DNA of 64,000 nucleotides from Terriglobia bacterium (lineage in GTDB: Bacteria > Acidobacteriota > Terriglobia > Acidiferrales > UBA7541). The stretch covers positions 1-64,000 of the forward strand of contig OY968796.1 of assembly GCA_963695545.1 (NCBI GenBank). Direction: 5' to 3'. The notes below the pieces were generated by a model. It searched no databases and was not told where the DNA came from. It saw only the letters and a program-made list of their open reading frames with translations. Below are positions 19,276-28,002 of the stretch, piece after piece (the stretch's first letter is position 1; every line of letters begins with the position of its first letter). Made by a program: the position numbers and the translations under genes.

Positions 19276-19683
19276 TTGAGCGGCGAATTCACGATTGAGT
19301 ATGTAGAGCTCCCGAACGGGCGGGTACCGGCCCGAGAGTTCCTGGATGCACTGGATGACAAAGCTACCGCCCGCATAGACGCTTTTATCGACCGTCTGCG
19401 CGTCTATGGCAACCGGATGCAGGGAAAGTTCGTCAAGAAGCTCACGGATGACATATTCGAGCTAAGAGTTAAGCAATTCGACCGGATTTTCCGGGTTCTG
19501 TTTTTTTACCAGCCGGGAATGTTGATCGTGATTACGTCGGGATTTCAGAAGAAAACGGAACAGACTCCGCCGGGCGAGATTACAAGGGCAGAGCAGCTAA
19601 AAAAGCTCTGGTTGAAGTATCGCAACCACTACACAGGATCGCAGAAGGAAAGAGAAGCCATCTTGAAGGAGCTGGGCCAATGA
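19276..19683 (+). CDS. RelE/HigB-like (Gp49-type) toxin
   Basis: PAREFLDAL..IFELRV..RVLFF..GFQKKTEQTPPGEI. Confidence 0.9.
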   Translation: MSGEFTIEYVELPNGRVPAREFLDALDDKATARIDAFIDRLRVYGNRMQGKFVKKLTDDIFELRVKQFDRIFRVLFFYQPGMLIVITSGFQKKTEQTPPGEITRAEQLKKLWLKYRNHYTGSQKEREAILKELGQ

Positions 19684-20012
19684 AACAAACCGTCAAACGC
19701 GATAGACACAGCGAATTTGTCGAGCAGCGCGCCCGCAAGAGCGCAACTTACCGTAAGACCTTCGCGCACAGCCAGCACCAGATTGATCTGGCTCTCCTCG
19801 TGCGCGAGATGCGAGAGGATGCGGGATTGACTCAGACCGAACTAGCGAAGAAGGTTGGCACGACACAGTCCGTGATTGCTCGCTTGGAAGATGCCGAATA
19901 CACCGGACACTCGCTCACGATGCTGGAGCGCATCGCAACAGTTTGTGGCGTGGCCTTAAAGCTCCACGCCGAGAAGAAGCCTAATTTCGACCGCGAAGTA
20001 GCACTGGTATAA
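19680..20012 (+). CDS. XRE HTH antitoxin (HigA-like)
   Basis: AGLTQTELAKKVGTTQSVIARLE; ATGA overlap with the toxin. Confidence 0.9.
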   Translation: MKQTVKRDRHSEFVEQRARKSATYRKTFAHSQHQIDLALLVREMREDAGLTQTELAKKVGTTQSVIARLEDAEYTGHSLTMLERIATVCGVALKLHAEKKPNFDREVALV

Positions 20013-20058
20013 GTGGCAGAGGCCGCGCCTGCCTACCGTCTGCCTAGTTGCGCAAAAC

Positions 20059-20103
20059 AACTTGGGTCCAACTTGGGTCCAAATACTGCCAAACTAGGTC
20101 CAA
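20059..20103 (+). repeat. AACTTGGGTCC repeats, putative arm-type sites (right end)
   Basis: Two exact copies plus AACTAGGTCCAA; matches 4351-4377. Confidence 0.7.
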
Positions 20104-20162
20104 AACCGTGTACCATGACGCAGAACAAAGCCGGACGGACCAACAAGATAGATTTTTTGCAA

Positions 20163-20211
20163 CTGCCTTGGGCGCAGGAGGTCCCGAGTTCAAATCTCGG
20201 CGCCCCGACCA
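20163..20211 (+). repeat. attR: 3' half of tRNA-Pro
   Basis: 21 bp identical to 4248-4268, then a different T stem and identical CGCCCCGACCA. Confidence 0.92.
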
Positions 20212-20485
20212 AATGTTCCGGTGAGTTGCGCGCTGAAGGTGACGAAAGCTCTTACCACCGCCTTCGATCAGCGCGGCGCCGGTTTACCTGGTAGCTCCTC
20301 ATTCCTCTTGTTCCTCAGGTCCGGTTTGCGCTCTTTGGAGCACCTCGCGCTCAGAATCGCGCTGATCCCGTCAGGCGCTAACTCGGGTGTCAAGTTCGTT
20401 GTGTCGAGAGCCTGAGAAGCGTACGATGCGCGAGCTGGATGCCCCAAGTCAGAACTTCCGACGTAGGTTCGGAGGAGGAGCGCCA

Positions 20486-20944
20486 ATGAAATCACGGCCG
20501 CGTATCAAACTGTGGCTAGCATGCGCCGCATCCCTTGTCGTCATGCCGATTCTTGTGATATCGGCTTTCGCCCAATCAGATAATTCTGGGACCTTTCCAG
20601 CTGTTGCGGCACTTGGCGGTGTGATGTTGGTTTTCCTGATCATTGGACTGGCGGCCTATGTGTATATGGCGCTGGCTCTCCAGACCATCGCCCAAAAGAC
20701 CAGCACCGAAAACGCATGGCTGGCCTGGGTTCCGATACTCAACATCATCTTGATGCTGAACATCGCAAAGAAGCCGCTGTGGTGGATTCTTCTTTGCCTC
20801 ATTCCGCTCGTAAACATCGTCATCATTATCATGGTCTGGATGGCGATCGCAGAAGCCCGAGGTAAACCGAATTGGTGGGGCATTCTGATCATCATCCCGG
20901 TGGCACAGCTGATCGTGCCCGGCTATCTAGCGTGGGCTGATTGA
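20486..20944 (+). CDS. DUF5684-like membrane protein
   Basis: WLAWVPILN..KPLWWILLCLIPLVN; strong RBS. Confidence 0.8.
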   Translation: MKSRPRIKLWLACAASLVVMPILVISAFAQSDNSGTFPAVAALGGVMLVFLIIGLAAYVYMALALQTIAQKTSTENAWLAWVPILNIILMLNIAKKPLWWILLCLIPLVNIVIIIMVWMAIAEARGKPNWWGILIIIPVAQLIVPGYLAWAD

Positions 20945-21025
20945 GTTTCAGAAAACTTGCAGACAAACTCCGCTCCGAATGCCGGACCTGGTCCGCGTTC
21001 GAGGCGGAGTTTGTGTTTCAATATC

Positions 21026-21068
21026 TGGGCGCTGATGGTCCGGAGTTCAAATCTCGGCGCCCGGACCA
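21026..21068 (+). repeat. Degenerate tRNA-Pro 3' fragment (older att scar)
   Basis: TGGGCGCTGATGGTCCGGAGTTCAAATCTCGGCGCCCGGACCA. Confidence 0.75.
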
Positions 21069-21231
21069 ACTCTTTAGACAAATTGATACTAGGAAACCGA
21101 TAGCAATTCGCGCCGCACGGCATAATAAGTCTTGGAACGTCGCAGACGCCTCCGCTATAAGTTCGCAGTGAGGCAATATCAGCGCGCTAGCCGTCGGATA
21201 ATCAGAACGTTCTGCGGAGCGTAACTCATCG

Positions 21232-22356
21232 ATGACGCTCGAGGATCCATCCCAAACTCTCCAATGGAGACACGAGCACGGGGTGCCTCCGAAGGCGCAA
21301 GCTGTGCTGATATTTAGCACAGCTCAAACGGCGCTTTCGAAGCTGCGCCCCATCCTGCAAACACAGGCTGTCGGCTATCGGGAACCAGACGTCAACTCGA
21401 TTTTGGTCTCGGCTGAACCGGATTTGTTGACGCAAGCAATACAGCGCTGGCGCGAGGTACTAAGTGCCGCGGAATTGCTTGAGGTACGCGCCGCATTGTT
21501 TGAATCAAGGACGCCTTCGGCGGAAGATCTTACGCGTGCGCCACTGAAACTGTGGGACCTTGACGCGGCTCTTTCGCTGCTGGACACGCGTTGGATCGTG
21601 CAGTTGCTTGCATCCAATTCCCATTTTGTCATGTTCCAGCCGCTGGTTTCGCTCGCCAGCCGGCAAGTTGTCGCTTGCGAATGCCTGCTCAGAGGGCGTT
21701 ACGAAGGCAAGGTGATTAGTGCGGCGCAGATGTTCGCCGCCGCTCAGAAGCTGGGGATCGCCCCGCATTTGGAGCATTTGGCATGGCAAAAAGCGATCGA
21801 GCAGGGCCGCGAACTAGCCAAGCGCGGATATCTACTGTTCATAAATTTTTCACCGCATCTGGCGCTTAATCCCGCATTCTCCGTCAAACAGACCCAACAA
21901 ATTTGCGCGCGGTACGGAGTCGACCTGAAACAAATTGTCCTTGAAGTGACCGAAGCCGACAAGGACTACGATACGGACCATCTGTGGGTCATGATGCAGG
22001 AATACCGCGCGGCCGGGGCTAAGTTTGCGCTCGACGATCTGGGCAGTGGTCACTCGTCCGTTCTGCGTCTGGCAAGTATTCGGCCGGACTTCGTCAAACT
22101 TGATCAGGGATTGGTTCGAGGAGCCCATTCTGAGAAAGGCCAGGCAGTTTTCATGAAGGCAATTTTGGAGGCTGCGCATCAACTGAAGATCCCTGTCGTC
22201 GCAGAGGGCGTGGAAACCGCGGCAGATTTAAACCACTGTATTGCGATAGGCGCGGATTTTGTACAAGGCTACTTTCTTGCGCGCCCGGCGGAGTCTCTCC
22301 CGGAAGTGTCGGAGGAAGCGATGCGCCTGCTCGATCAGCGGTCACGCGAACGCTAG
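21232..22356 (+). CDS. EAL-domain c-di-GMP phosphodiesterase
   Basis: FQP, ECLLR, INFS, EVTE, ALDDLGSG, KLD, AEGVET, QGY. Confidence 0.92.
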   Translation: MTLEDPSQTLQWRHEHGVPPKAQAVLIFSTAQTALSKLRPILQTQAVGYREPDVNSILVSAEPDLLTQAIQRWREVLSAAELLEVRAALFESRTPSAEDLTRAPLKLWDLDAALSLLDTRWIVQLLASNSHFVMFQPLVSLASRQVVACECLLRGRYEGKVISAAQMFAAAQKLGIAPHLEHLAWQKAIEQGRELAKRGYLLFINFSPHLALNPAFSVKQTQQICARYGVDLKQIVLEVTEADKDYDTDHLWVMMQEYRAAGAKFALDDLGSGHSSVLRLASIRPDFVKLDQGLVRGAHSEKGQAVFMKAILEAAHQLKIPVVAEGVETAADLNHCIAIGADFVQGYFLARPAESLPEVSEEAMRLLDQRSRER

Positions 22357-22396
22357 CACCGCGATCGTCCGCTCGGCTGCTAAAGATCCAGGACGA

Positions 22397-24856
22397 TTAC
22401 CTTACAAGCTCTGGATTAAAACCCTGCGAGACTAGATTCTGTCGAGCCATCTCTAACTTCATCGAATCGGTGTAGGGTCCTACTCGAACCTGATAGGAAT
22501 GCATCCACAGTAGACCCTTGTGCACGGACGCGGCGCGAAAACCGAGTTTGGTGAGCTTTTCTACCGCGTCATCGGCTGAGGCCGACTCTTTGAACGATCC
22601 CACCTCGAAATAACTGGCGGACAAGATTACGTCGTCACCAGTTGCCTTGTCTTCCGTCACTGCTTTATCGGCTGCTGCTTGCGGCGCGCTCGGAACAACA
22701 CTCGCGGAGCTCGGAGGCGGCGTTGCCTCAGCCTGCTGCGTGCTCGTTACATCGGTCTTTGCGACCGACGTAGCCGGCAGCGACGGTTGCAGTTCAGTTG
22801 TGGCTGGCGCACTCACTACGCTCAGTGCAGCCGGCGACGTCGCGGGATTCCCAGTCGCACGCTGCGTCTTCTGGTTCTGTCCGATTCTGGCAGCCGAAGA
22901 GCCAGGCCGCGGTCGCGTTGACGATCTGGGATCCAGTTGAGATTTCTCGTGCGATCCGAGCTCGGAACCCGCGGCAGCCGTGTCTGTGCCGGCTGGTTGC
23001 TCGGCGACGACCGACGAAGTACCCTCGAGGGACGGCTCGGATTCTTGCAGAGATGGATCTGACGCTTGTGCGGACGCATCCGGATCTTGCGTGGACGAAT
23101 CCGATTCTTGCGCATCCTGGTCTGATTCTGGCGCGCCGGCGCCAACGCTTTCCTCTGTCGCAGCCGTTGTCGGAAGAACAGGTCGCGAGCTCAGATTGGC
23201 TATTACGGCCGAGGTTCCTGCGGACGCCGAATCAATCGCATGAACTGTTCGCGTGTGCCTCAGCGCAAAGAAAACCAATACGCTCAGAAGGCACGCCGCG
23301 CCCAATCCCGCGGCCAAAGCTCTTTGCGCACGCTTACTTGCTGGGAATCTCCACTCGATCCGGAGGAAGAATTGACCAACCGCCTCGACCCAAGGTTGTA
23401 AATCCCTGCGCAAGTCGCGCCCGGAGTGCCGCAAGTCAACGATAAATGAACTCCACAGGGACATCTCGGCCTTGGCTTGCAAGCTGCTTCTCAATGCAAA
23501 GACCAGCTCGGCCGTGCTTTGAAAGCGTTTATTGGGATCCTTTTGAATACACTTGAGAATCACGGATTCGGCGCCAAGCGGAAGGCTCGGAACAATTTCG
23601 CGCGCCGGCGTGGGGTACTCTCGCAATTGCTTTATGGCCACGGCGATGGGAGTGTCACCTTGGAACGCCTGAGACCCCGTAACCATTTCATAGAGCAACA
23701 GGCCAAGGGCATAGATGTCGGTGCGTGCATCCGCGCCTTTGACTTCCACCTGTTCGGGAGCCATGTAGGCGGGAGTTCCGGCCAGCGTACCCGTTGTCTG
23801 ACTGGAAGCTTGGAATGGCCGCGCGATGCCGAAATCCATGATTTTTGCGACGCCGTTGCGGTCCACCATGATGTTCGCCGGCTTCAGGTCGCGGTGCACG
23901 ATGCCCTGTGCGTGCGCTTCGCCGAGACCCGCGCAAACCTGCCGCACAATCTTCAATGCCTCGCCCCAGGGCAGCGGTCCGCTGCGCTGGAGAGTGGCGA
24001 GTAAGCTTGCGCCCTCGACAAACTCCATCGAGATGTACGCGACCCCGCCGGAGCGGTTGAACTCATGAATGCGGCAGACGTTTTTGTGTGTGACTTTCCT
24101 GGCCAGGCATACTTCTCTCCTCAGGTTCTCCTGCATTGCCGGATCAGCGGCAATGTCGGACTTTAGGACCTTCAGGGCTACGGTCTCGCCGGTCTCCCGA
24201 TCGCGAGCCTGATAAACGACGCCCATGCCGCCGGTCCCCACCTGGAACGCGGCTTCGTACCTCGATGGGACCCCTTCCGGCGCGGCAGCCAAATGCACTT
24301 CAAAAACATCCTGGTAGTCGTTCCGGCCGCCGATAGCGATTTTTAGAAACCACTGGAAGCCTAGATCCGTTTCCTTCAAGAGCGCGTCAGATACTTCGCG
24401 CGAGGCGAGAATCTGCCCTGGGTCGGCGTGCTGGGCGATGTTCACCGCCGCGTGGATTACTCCGGCGAACAAGTCGAGCCGCTTGCAATCACCAATAAGT
24501 CCGTGAATACCGATTCGTAGCTGCGGGAGGTCACTCTCGGAGGATTCCTGAGGCGATTCCATCAGGAGGCATTGCAGATCCAAAGCAGCCCGAACCGCAT
24601 CCGCAGGGTCGGCGAATTCCGCCATGAAGGAATCGCCGATCGTCTTAAACACTTGACCACGGTGCAGTCGAATGACTTCGGCGGCCAGTCCGTTGCGCCG
24701 GCCCTTGGTCTCTCGACCGGCGTCCTCGTTATCGGCTTCGCCTTGCGCCGCCCGGCTTACCGAGTCGGCCACGAGGACCACCAAGCTCTTGATACGCAGC
24801 TGTTCGTCCGTTCCAGCTCGATTTGCGGGATCAGCATGGACGACGGGCATAGTCAT
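22397..24856 (-). CDS. Class III cyclase-like + Ser/Thr kinase + TM + SPOR fusion protein
   Basis: KTIGDSFMAEF/LRIGIH; GTGGMGVVY, HRDLKPAN, DFG; TM; Ser/Ala/Pro linker; EVGSF..YQVRVGPY. Confidence 0.85.
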   Translation of the reverse strand: MTMPVVHADPANRAGTDEQLRIKSLVVLVADSVSRAAQGEADNEDAGRETKGRRNGLAAEVIRLHRGQVFKTIGDSFMAEFADPADAVRAALDLQCLLMESPQESSESDLPQLRIGIHGLIGDCKRLDLFAGVIHAAVNIAQHADPGQILASREVSDALLKETDLGFQWFLKIAIGGRNDYQDVFEVHLAAAPEGVPSRYEAAFQVGTGGMGVVYQARDRETGETVALKVLKSDIAADPAMQENLRREVCLARKVTHKNVCRIHEFNRSGGVAYISMEFVEGASLLATLQRSGPLPWGEALKIVRQVCAGLGEAHAQGIVHRDLKPANIMVDRNGVAKIMDFGIARPFQASSQTTGTLAGTPAYMAPEQVEVKGADARTDIYALGLLLYEMVTGSQAFQGDTPIAVAIKQLREYPTPAREIVPSLPLGAESVILKCIQKDPNKRFQSTAELVFALRSSLQAKAEMSLWSSFIVDLRHSGRDLRRDLQPWVEAVGQFFLRIEWRFPASKRAQRALAAGLGAACLLSVLVFFALRHTRTVHAIDSASAGTSAVIANLSSRPVLPTTAATEESVGAGAPESDQDAQESDSSTQDPDASAQASDPSLQESEPSLEGTSSVVAEQPAGTDTAAAGSELGSHEKSQLDPRSSTRPRPGSSAARIGQNQKTQRATGNPATSPAALSVVSAPATTELQPSLPATSVAKTDVTSTQQAEATPPPSSASVVPSAPQAAADKAVTEDKATGDDVILSASYFEVGSFKESASADDAVEKLTKLGFRAASVHKGLLWMHSYQVRVGPYTDSMKLEMARQNLVSQGFNPELVR

Positions 24857-25029
24857 GATTGAGGTCCCTTTTTAGCTCAACCTAAAGGGTAGGTGCATCG
24901 TCCGCGCCTGCCAATGGCATAGGAGTAATGGCGCGTTGGTACGTCCGTACTAACGGCGTGAATCTATTCGATGATCCTGAGTCTCCGGAACCTTCGTCGG
25001 CTTGGGATCAAACCAATCCGGGGCGAATC

Positions 25030-25671
25030 TCAGTCGCCTTTCGGCGGAATTGCGTCGTGCACGATCTTTGCCAGCGAGAGTAGCTTCGAGCTGACGTTCA
25101 GCCGCGCGCGTTTGGTCGCATCCACGTTAACGCTGAAACGCACTTTTTCAGCTTCCAGGTAAAATTGAATTCCTCCCCCGCGTTCTGCAAAGCCGTCGCT
25201 TTCTCCGACGACCAGCGCGCTCGAAGCCTTCAGCGTGTCCAGGACCGCCGGCAAATCTCTATCCGCGGCGTCGCTCACAAAAACCAACTGGCACGCTTTC
25301 AAGTCCGATAGATTCTGCACGTGATGGACGATCAGGTTGCGATTGTCGATTGATTTGTCTTGCGTGATGTCGGCAAGAGCGCTCCCGAAAGGATCCTGCC
25401 GGAACACGCAGAATGTGATTGGGGAATTTTCATTCTCGAACGCATCCGCGGGCCATTCGACGAATCGTGCAAAGTTCAGAAGAAACGCGGCCTTCACCTG
25501 ATACTCCACCGACGCGCTGGTTTGCGCCCGGGCCGGAACGCCACTCGACAAGGAGAGCAGCGTCGGCAGGATGGCGGCAAAAATCCCCGCCCGATTGCGC
25601 CCGAACCAAGCCCGCTTGAGCTTCGTTCGCCGCGCCGCTCGCGCGAATCGAGTTTTGATCCTGAGAATCAA
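25030..25671 (-). CDS. YfiR family protein
   Basis: EYQVKAAFLLNFARFVEWP..VSSKLLSLAKIV. Confidence 0.9.
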   Translation of the reverse strand: MILRIKTRFARAARRTKLKRAWFGRNRAGIFAAILPTLLSLSSGVPARAQTSASVEYQVKAAFLLNFARFVEWPADAFENENSPITFCVFRQDPFGSALADITQDKSIDNRNLIVHHVQNLSDLKACQLVFVSDAADRDLPAVLDTLKASSALVVGESDGFAERGGGIQFYLEAEKVRFSVNVDATKRARLNVSSKLLSLAKIVHDAIPPKGD

Positions 25672-25687
25672 ATCGCCGCTCTCTCCG

Positions 25688-27772
25688 TTAGTGCGTCCAT
25701 GTCACCTTGGCGTAAACACTTCGCTTGATCAGCGTGCTCGCTGTGCTCCCGAGTAGATCCACATATTCGAGATGGCGGTCCTGCAGCAGATTTTGGCCGA
25801 CCAAACTGAAAACAGTTCCTTCTCTCCACTTCCACGAAAAACCGGAATCGAGCCTGGTGTACGACGGGATTGCCAGATCGTTGATGCGATCCGTAAAGAA
25901 TAGAGACGTGTCCCACGCAAGATCCCGCGGCAGAATCAAATGCGACCGAAGCTGCGCGGAGTGCTCCGGACTGCCTCCCTGAGTGTTGGCGACGGACATC
26001 GTGTCCTGACTTCCGGGCTCGAGATGCATGTGAATCTGCTCGAGAGCGTATCCCGGGCTCAGCGTCCAGCGATTCAAGACTTTCCAGTTCGCGAAAATTT
26101 CCAGGCCCTGCGTTTCTCCGAACATCAGGTTCTCGTACGTGCTGGGAATAAAAAGATGCGGCGGCGCGGGTGTGTCCTCGGAAAATGGCGCACTAGGTTC
26201 GGTGGTTTCCTGATTGGTGTAATTGTTGAAATACGCGGCGAGATCGACGGACGCCCGATCCGTCAGCGTTTTGCGATAGCCGGCCTCGTAAGCGATCAGA
26301 CCCTCATTCTTGAAATCGGGATTGCCCACAAGACCGACCACTGTCGGAGTGCCTCCCGAACCTGTGAATCCGGCGAAATTCAGGCGGATCGAGGCATCCA
26401 CCGCGGAGGGCGTTTGGACAGCCCGCAAGACGGACGCCCAGAACGTCTGGAGGACACTGGGTGTCCAAACCACACTGGCACTCGGCATCACGTCGAAACC
26501 ATTGTAGTAGTCGTGTTCGACTTTGGTGCCCATCGTCACGTATAAGCGATTGTGAACCACCGTGAATTCGTCCTGGATGAACGAGCTGAACTGATGAATG
26601 CTGAGATTCGGGGGATCGAGCGAGACGGCCAGGCCGCCATCCGTTGTGGAACTGGAACTGCGATAATCGAGTCCCCAGACAATGTTTTGCCGTTCGCCCC
26701 ATAGAAAGTTATTTTGGAAATCGATGTCCCACGTGCCGCGGCTTTCGTCGAGCGCATCTCTGCGCGTGTATTGCTCGTAAGAAAATTGAAGCGTCGTGTC
26801 AGAGCGCGCGGAAAACTCGTGATTCCAGATGCCTTGAACGAAACCTCCCGACAAATCCACGCCGGTTTCAATCGTTTCCAGCGCCGGAGAAGTCAGCGAC
26901 GCCAAATACAAATCGGCCTGGCCCTCTCGGCCGCTATATAAGTCCCCTTGGATCGTCAAATTGTCCTTCGCCGAAAAAGTGGTGTCGGCGCGAAAACCGC
27001 CTCGCAACATGTGCCAGCCGTCTCCGCCGTCCGGCCCGCTGACGCCCGGCATATGATCCTGATTGAAGTATCTTGTAAAAATGCGGTAGTCGGTTTTTTG
27101 CCCCAGTGTTGCGCCATATTCGAGCGTTCCCGATCCTTCATCGAGATTTCCGCCTGTCGTTTGCACCATCGCTCCCTTCGTTTCGGCGGCGGTCTTTGAA
27201 ATGATGTTTATGACGCCGTTGACGGCGTTCGTTCCCCAAATCGAGCCGCCCGGACCGCGGATCACTTCGATCCTTTCGATGTTTTCGAGAGGCATATCAA
27301 CGACATCCCAAAACGTTCCGTCGAACGTCGGCGTGTAAACTGTGCGGCCATCGATCAGAACCAGGAGCTTGTTGCTAAGCCGGCCATTGAAACCACGCAC
27401 GCTGATGGCCCAGCTGTTGGCGTTGATTTGAGCCACGTCGACGCCGGGAACCATGCGCAGCAGATCGGGAATGTTCGTGGCGCCGGAGCGGCGAATGTCT
27501 TCGGCGGTGATCACGAAAATCGCCGCAGCGGTGCGCGAAACTTTCTGCTCTTGCTTTGAAACTGACGTCACTTGAATGTTCATCAGGTCTTCGAGGCTCT
27601 CGTTCGCGAGATCTTTGGGCGGATTTTGCGGCCACGCGGGAATTGCGACGAGAGCAGCGAGCGCGAACGCGAGAACGCCGTAGCGGAAAAGCCTGCAGAA
27701 ATTGCCAGTGTGATTTCGACTCAGCAGACAACTGAAAGACACAACCCCTCCCGCTGACGCCGGAAAGATCAC
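25688..27772 (-). CDS. TonB-dependent receptor
   Basis: SLEDLMNIQVTSVSK, plug domain IERIEVIRGPG..GVINII, beta-barrel. Confidence 0.92.
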   Translation of the reverse strand: MIFPASAGGVVSFSCLLSRNHTGNFCRLFRYGVLAFALAALVAIPAWPQNPPKDLANESLEDLMNIQVTSVSKQEQKVSRTAAAIFVITAEDIRRSGATNIPDLLRMVPGVDVAQINANSWAISVRGFNGRLSNKLLVLIDGRTVYTPTFDGTFWDVVDMPLENIERIEVIRGPGGSIWGTNAVNGVINIISKTAAETKGAMVQTTGGNLDEGSGTLEYGATLGQKTDYRIFTRYFNQDHMPGVSGPDGGDGWHMLRGGFRADTTFSAKDNLTIQGDLYSGREGQADLYLASLTSPALETIETGVDLSGGFVQGIWNHEFSARSDTTLQFSYEQYTRRDALDESRGTWDIDFQNNFLWGERQNIVWGLDYRSSSSTTDGGLAVSLDPPNLSIHQFSSFIQDEFTVVHNRLYVTMGTKVEHDYYNGFDVMPSASVVWTPSVLQTFWASVLRAVQTPSAVDASIRLNFAGFTGSGGTPTVVGLVGNPDFKNEGLIAYEAGYRKTLTDRASVDLAAYFNNYTNQETTEPSAPFSEDTPAPPHLFIPSTYENLMFGETQGLEIFANWKVLNRWTLSPGYALEQIHMHLEPGSQDTMSVANTQGGSPEHSAQLRSHLILPRDLAWDTSLFFTDRINDLAIPSYTRLDSGFSWKWREGTVFSLVGQNLLQDRHLEYVDLLGSTASTLIKRSVYAKVTWTH

Positions 27773-28002
27773 GACGCAGCACGTTGCGAATTGCCATTTG
27801 GAAGGGGACAGACTCCGCCAGGATCACGGATTCAAATCGAAAACTTCCGGTGCGATGAAGCGAGAGGAACCCAAGACTGCGTAATACGAAAACTCTAACG
27901 CAAACAATACTACACCCGTGGAGACGCGCGCGGAGAGATGGAACGCGGGTTGCTGTATGAGCCATCGCGGCGCATTCGGATGCGATCGAATTTGCGATTG
28001 GA

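Larger units (their letters stand above)
4248..20211. mobile_element. Integrative element/genomic island in tRNA-Pro (~16 kb)
   Basis: Direct repeat of the tRNA 3' half at 20163-20211, adjacent intact integrase, matching arm-like repeats at both ends, lower-GC cargo. Confidence 0.9.

Noticed and set aside
4312..20211. Prophage
   Set aside because: No terminase, capsid, tail or lysis genes.
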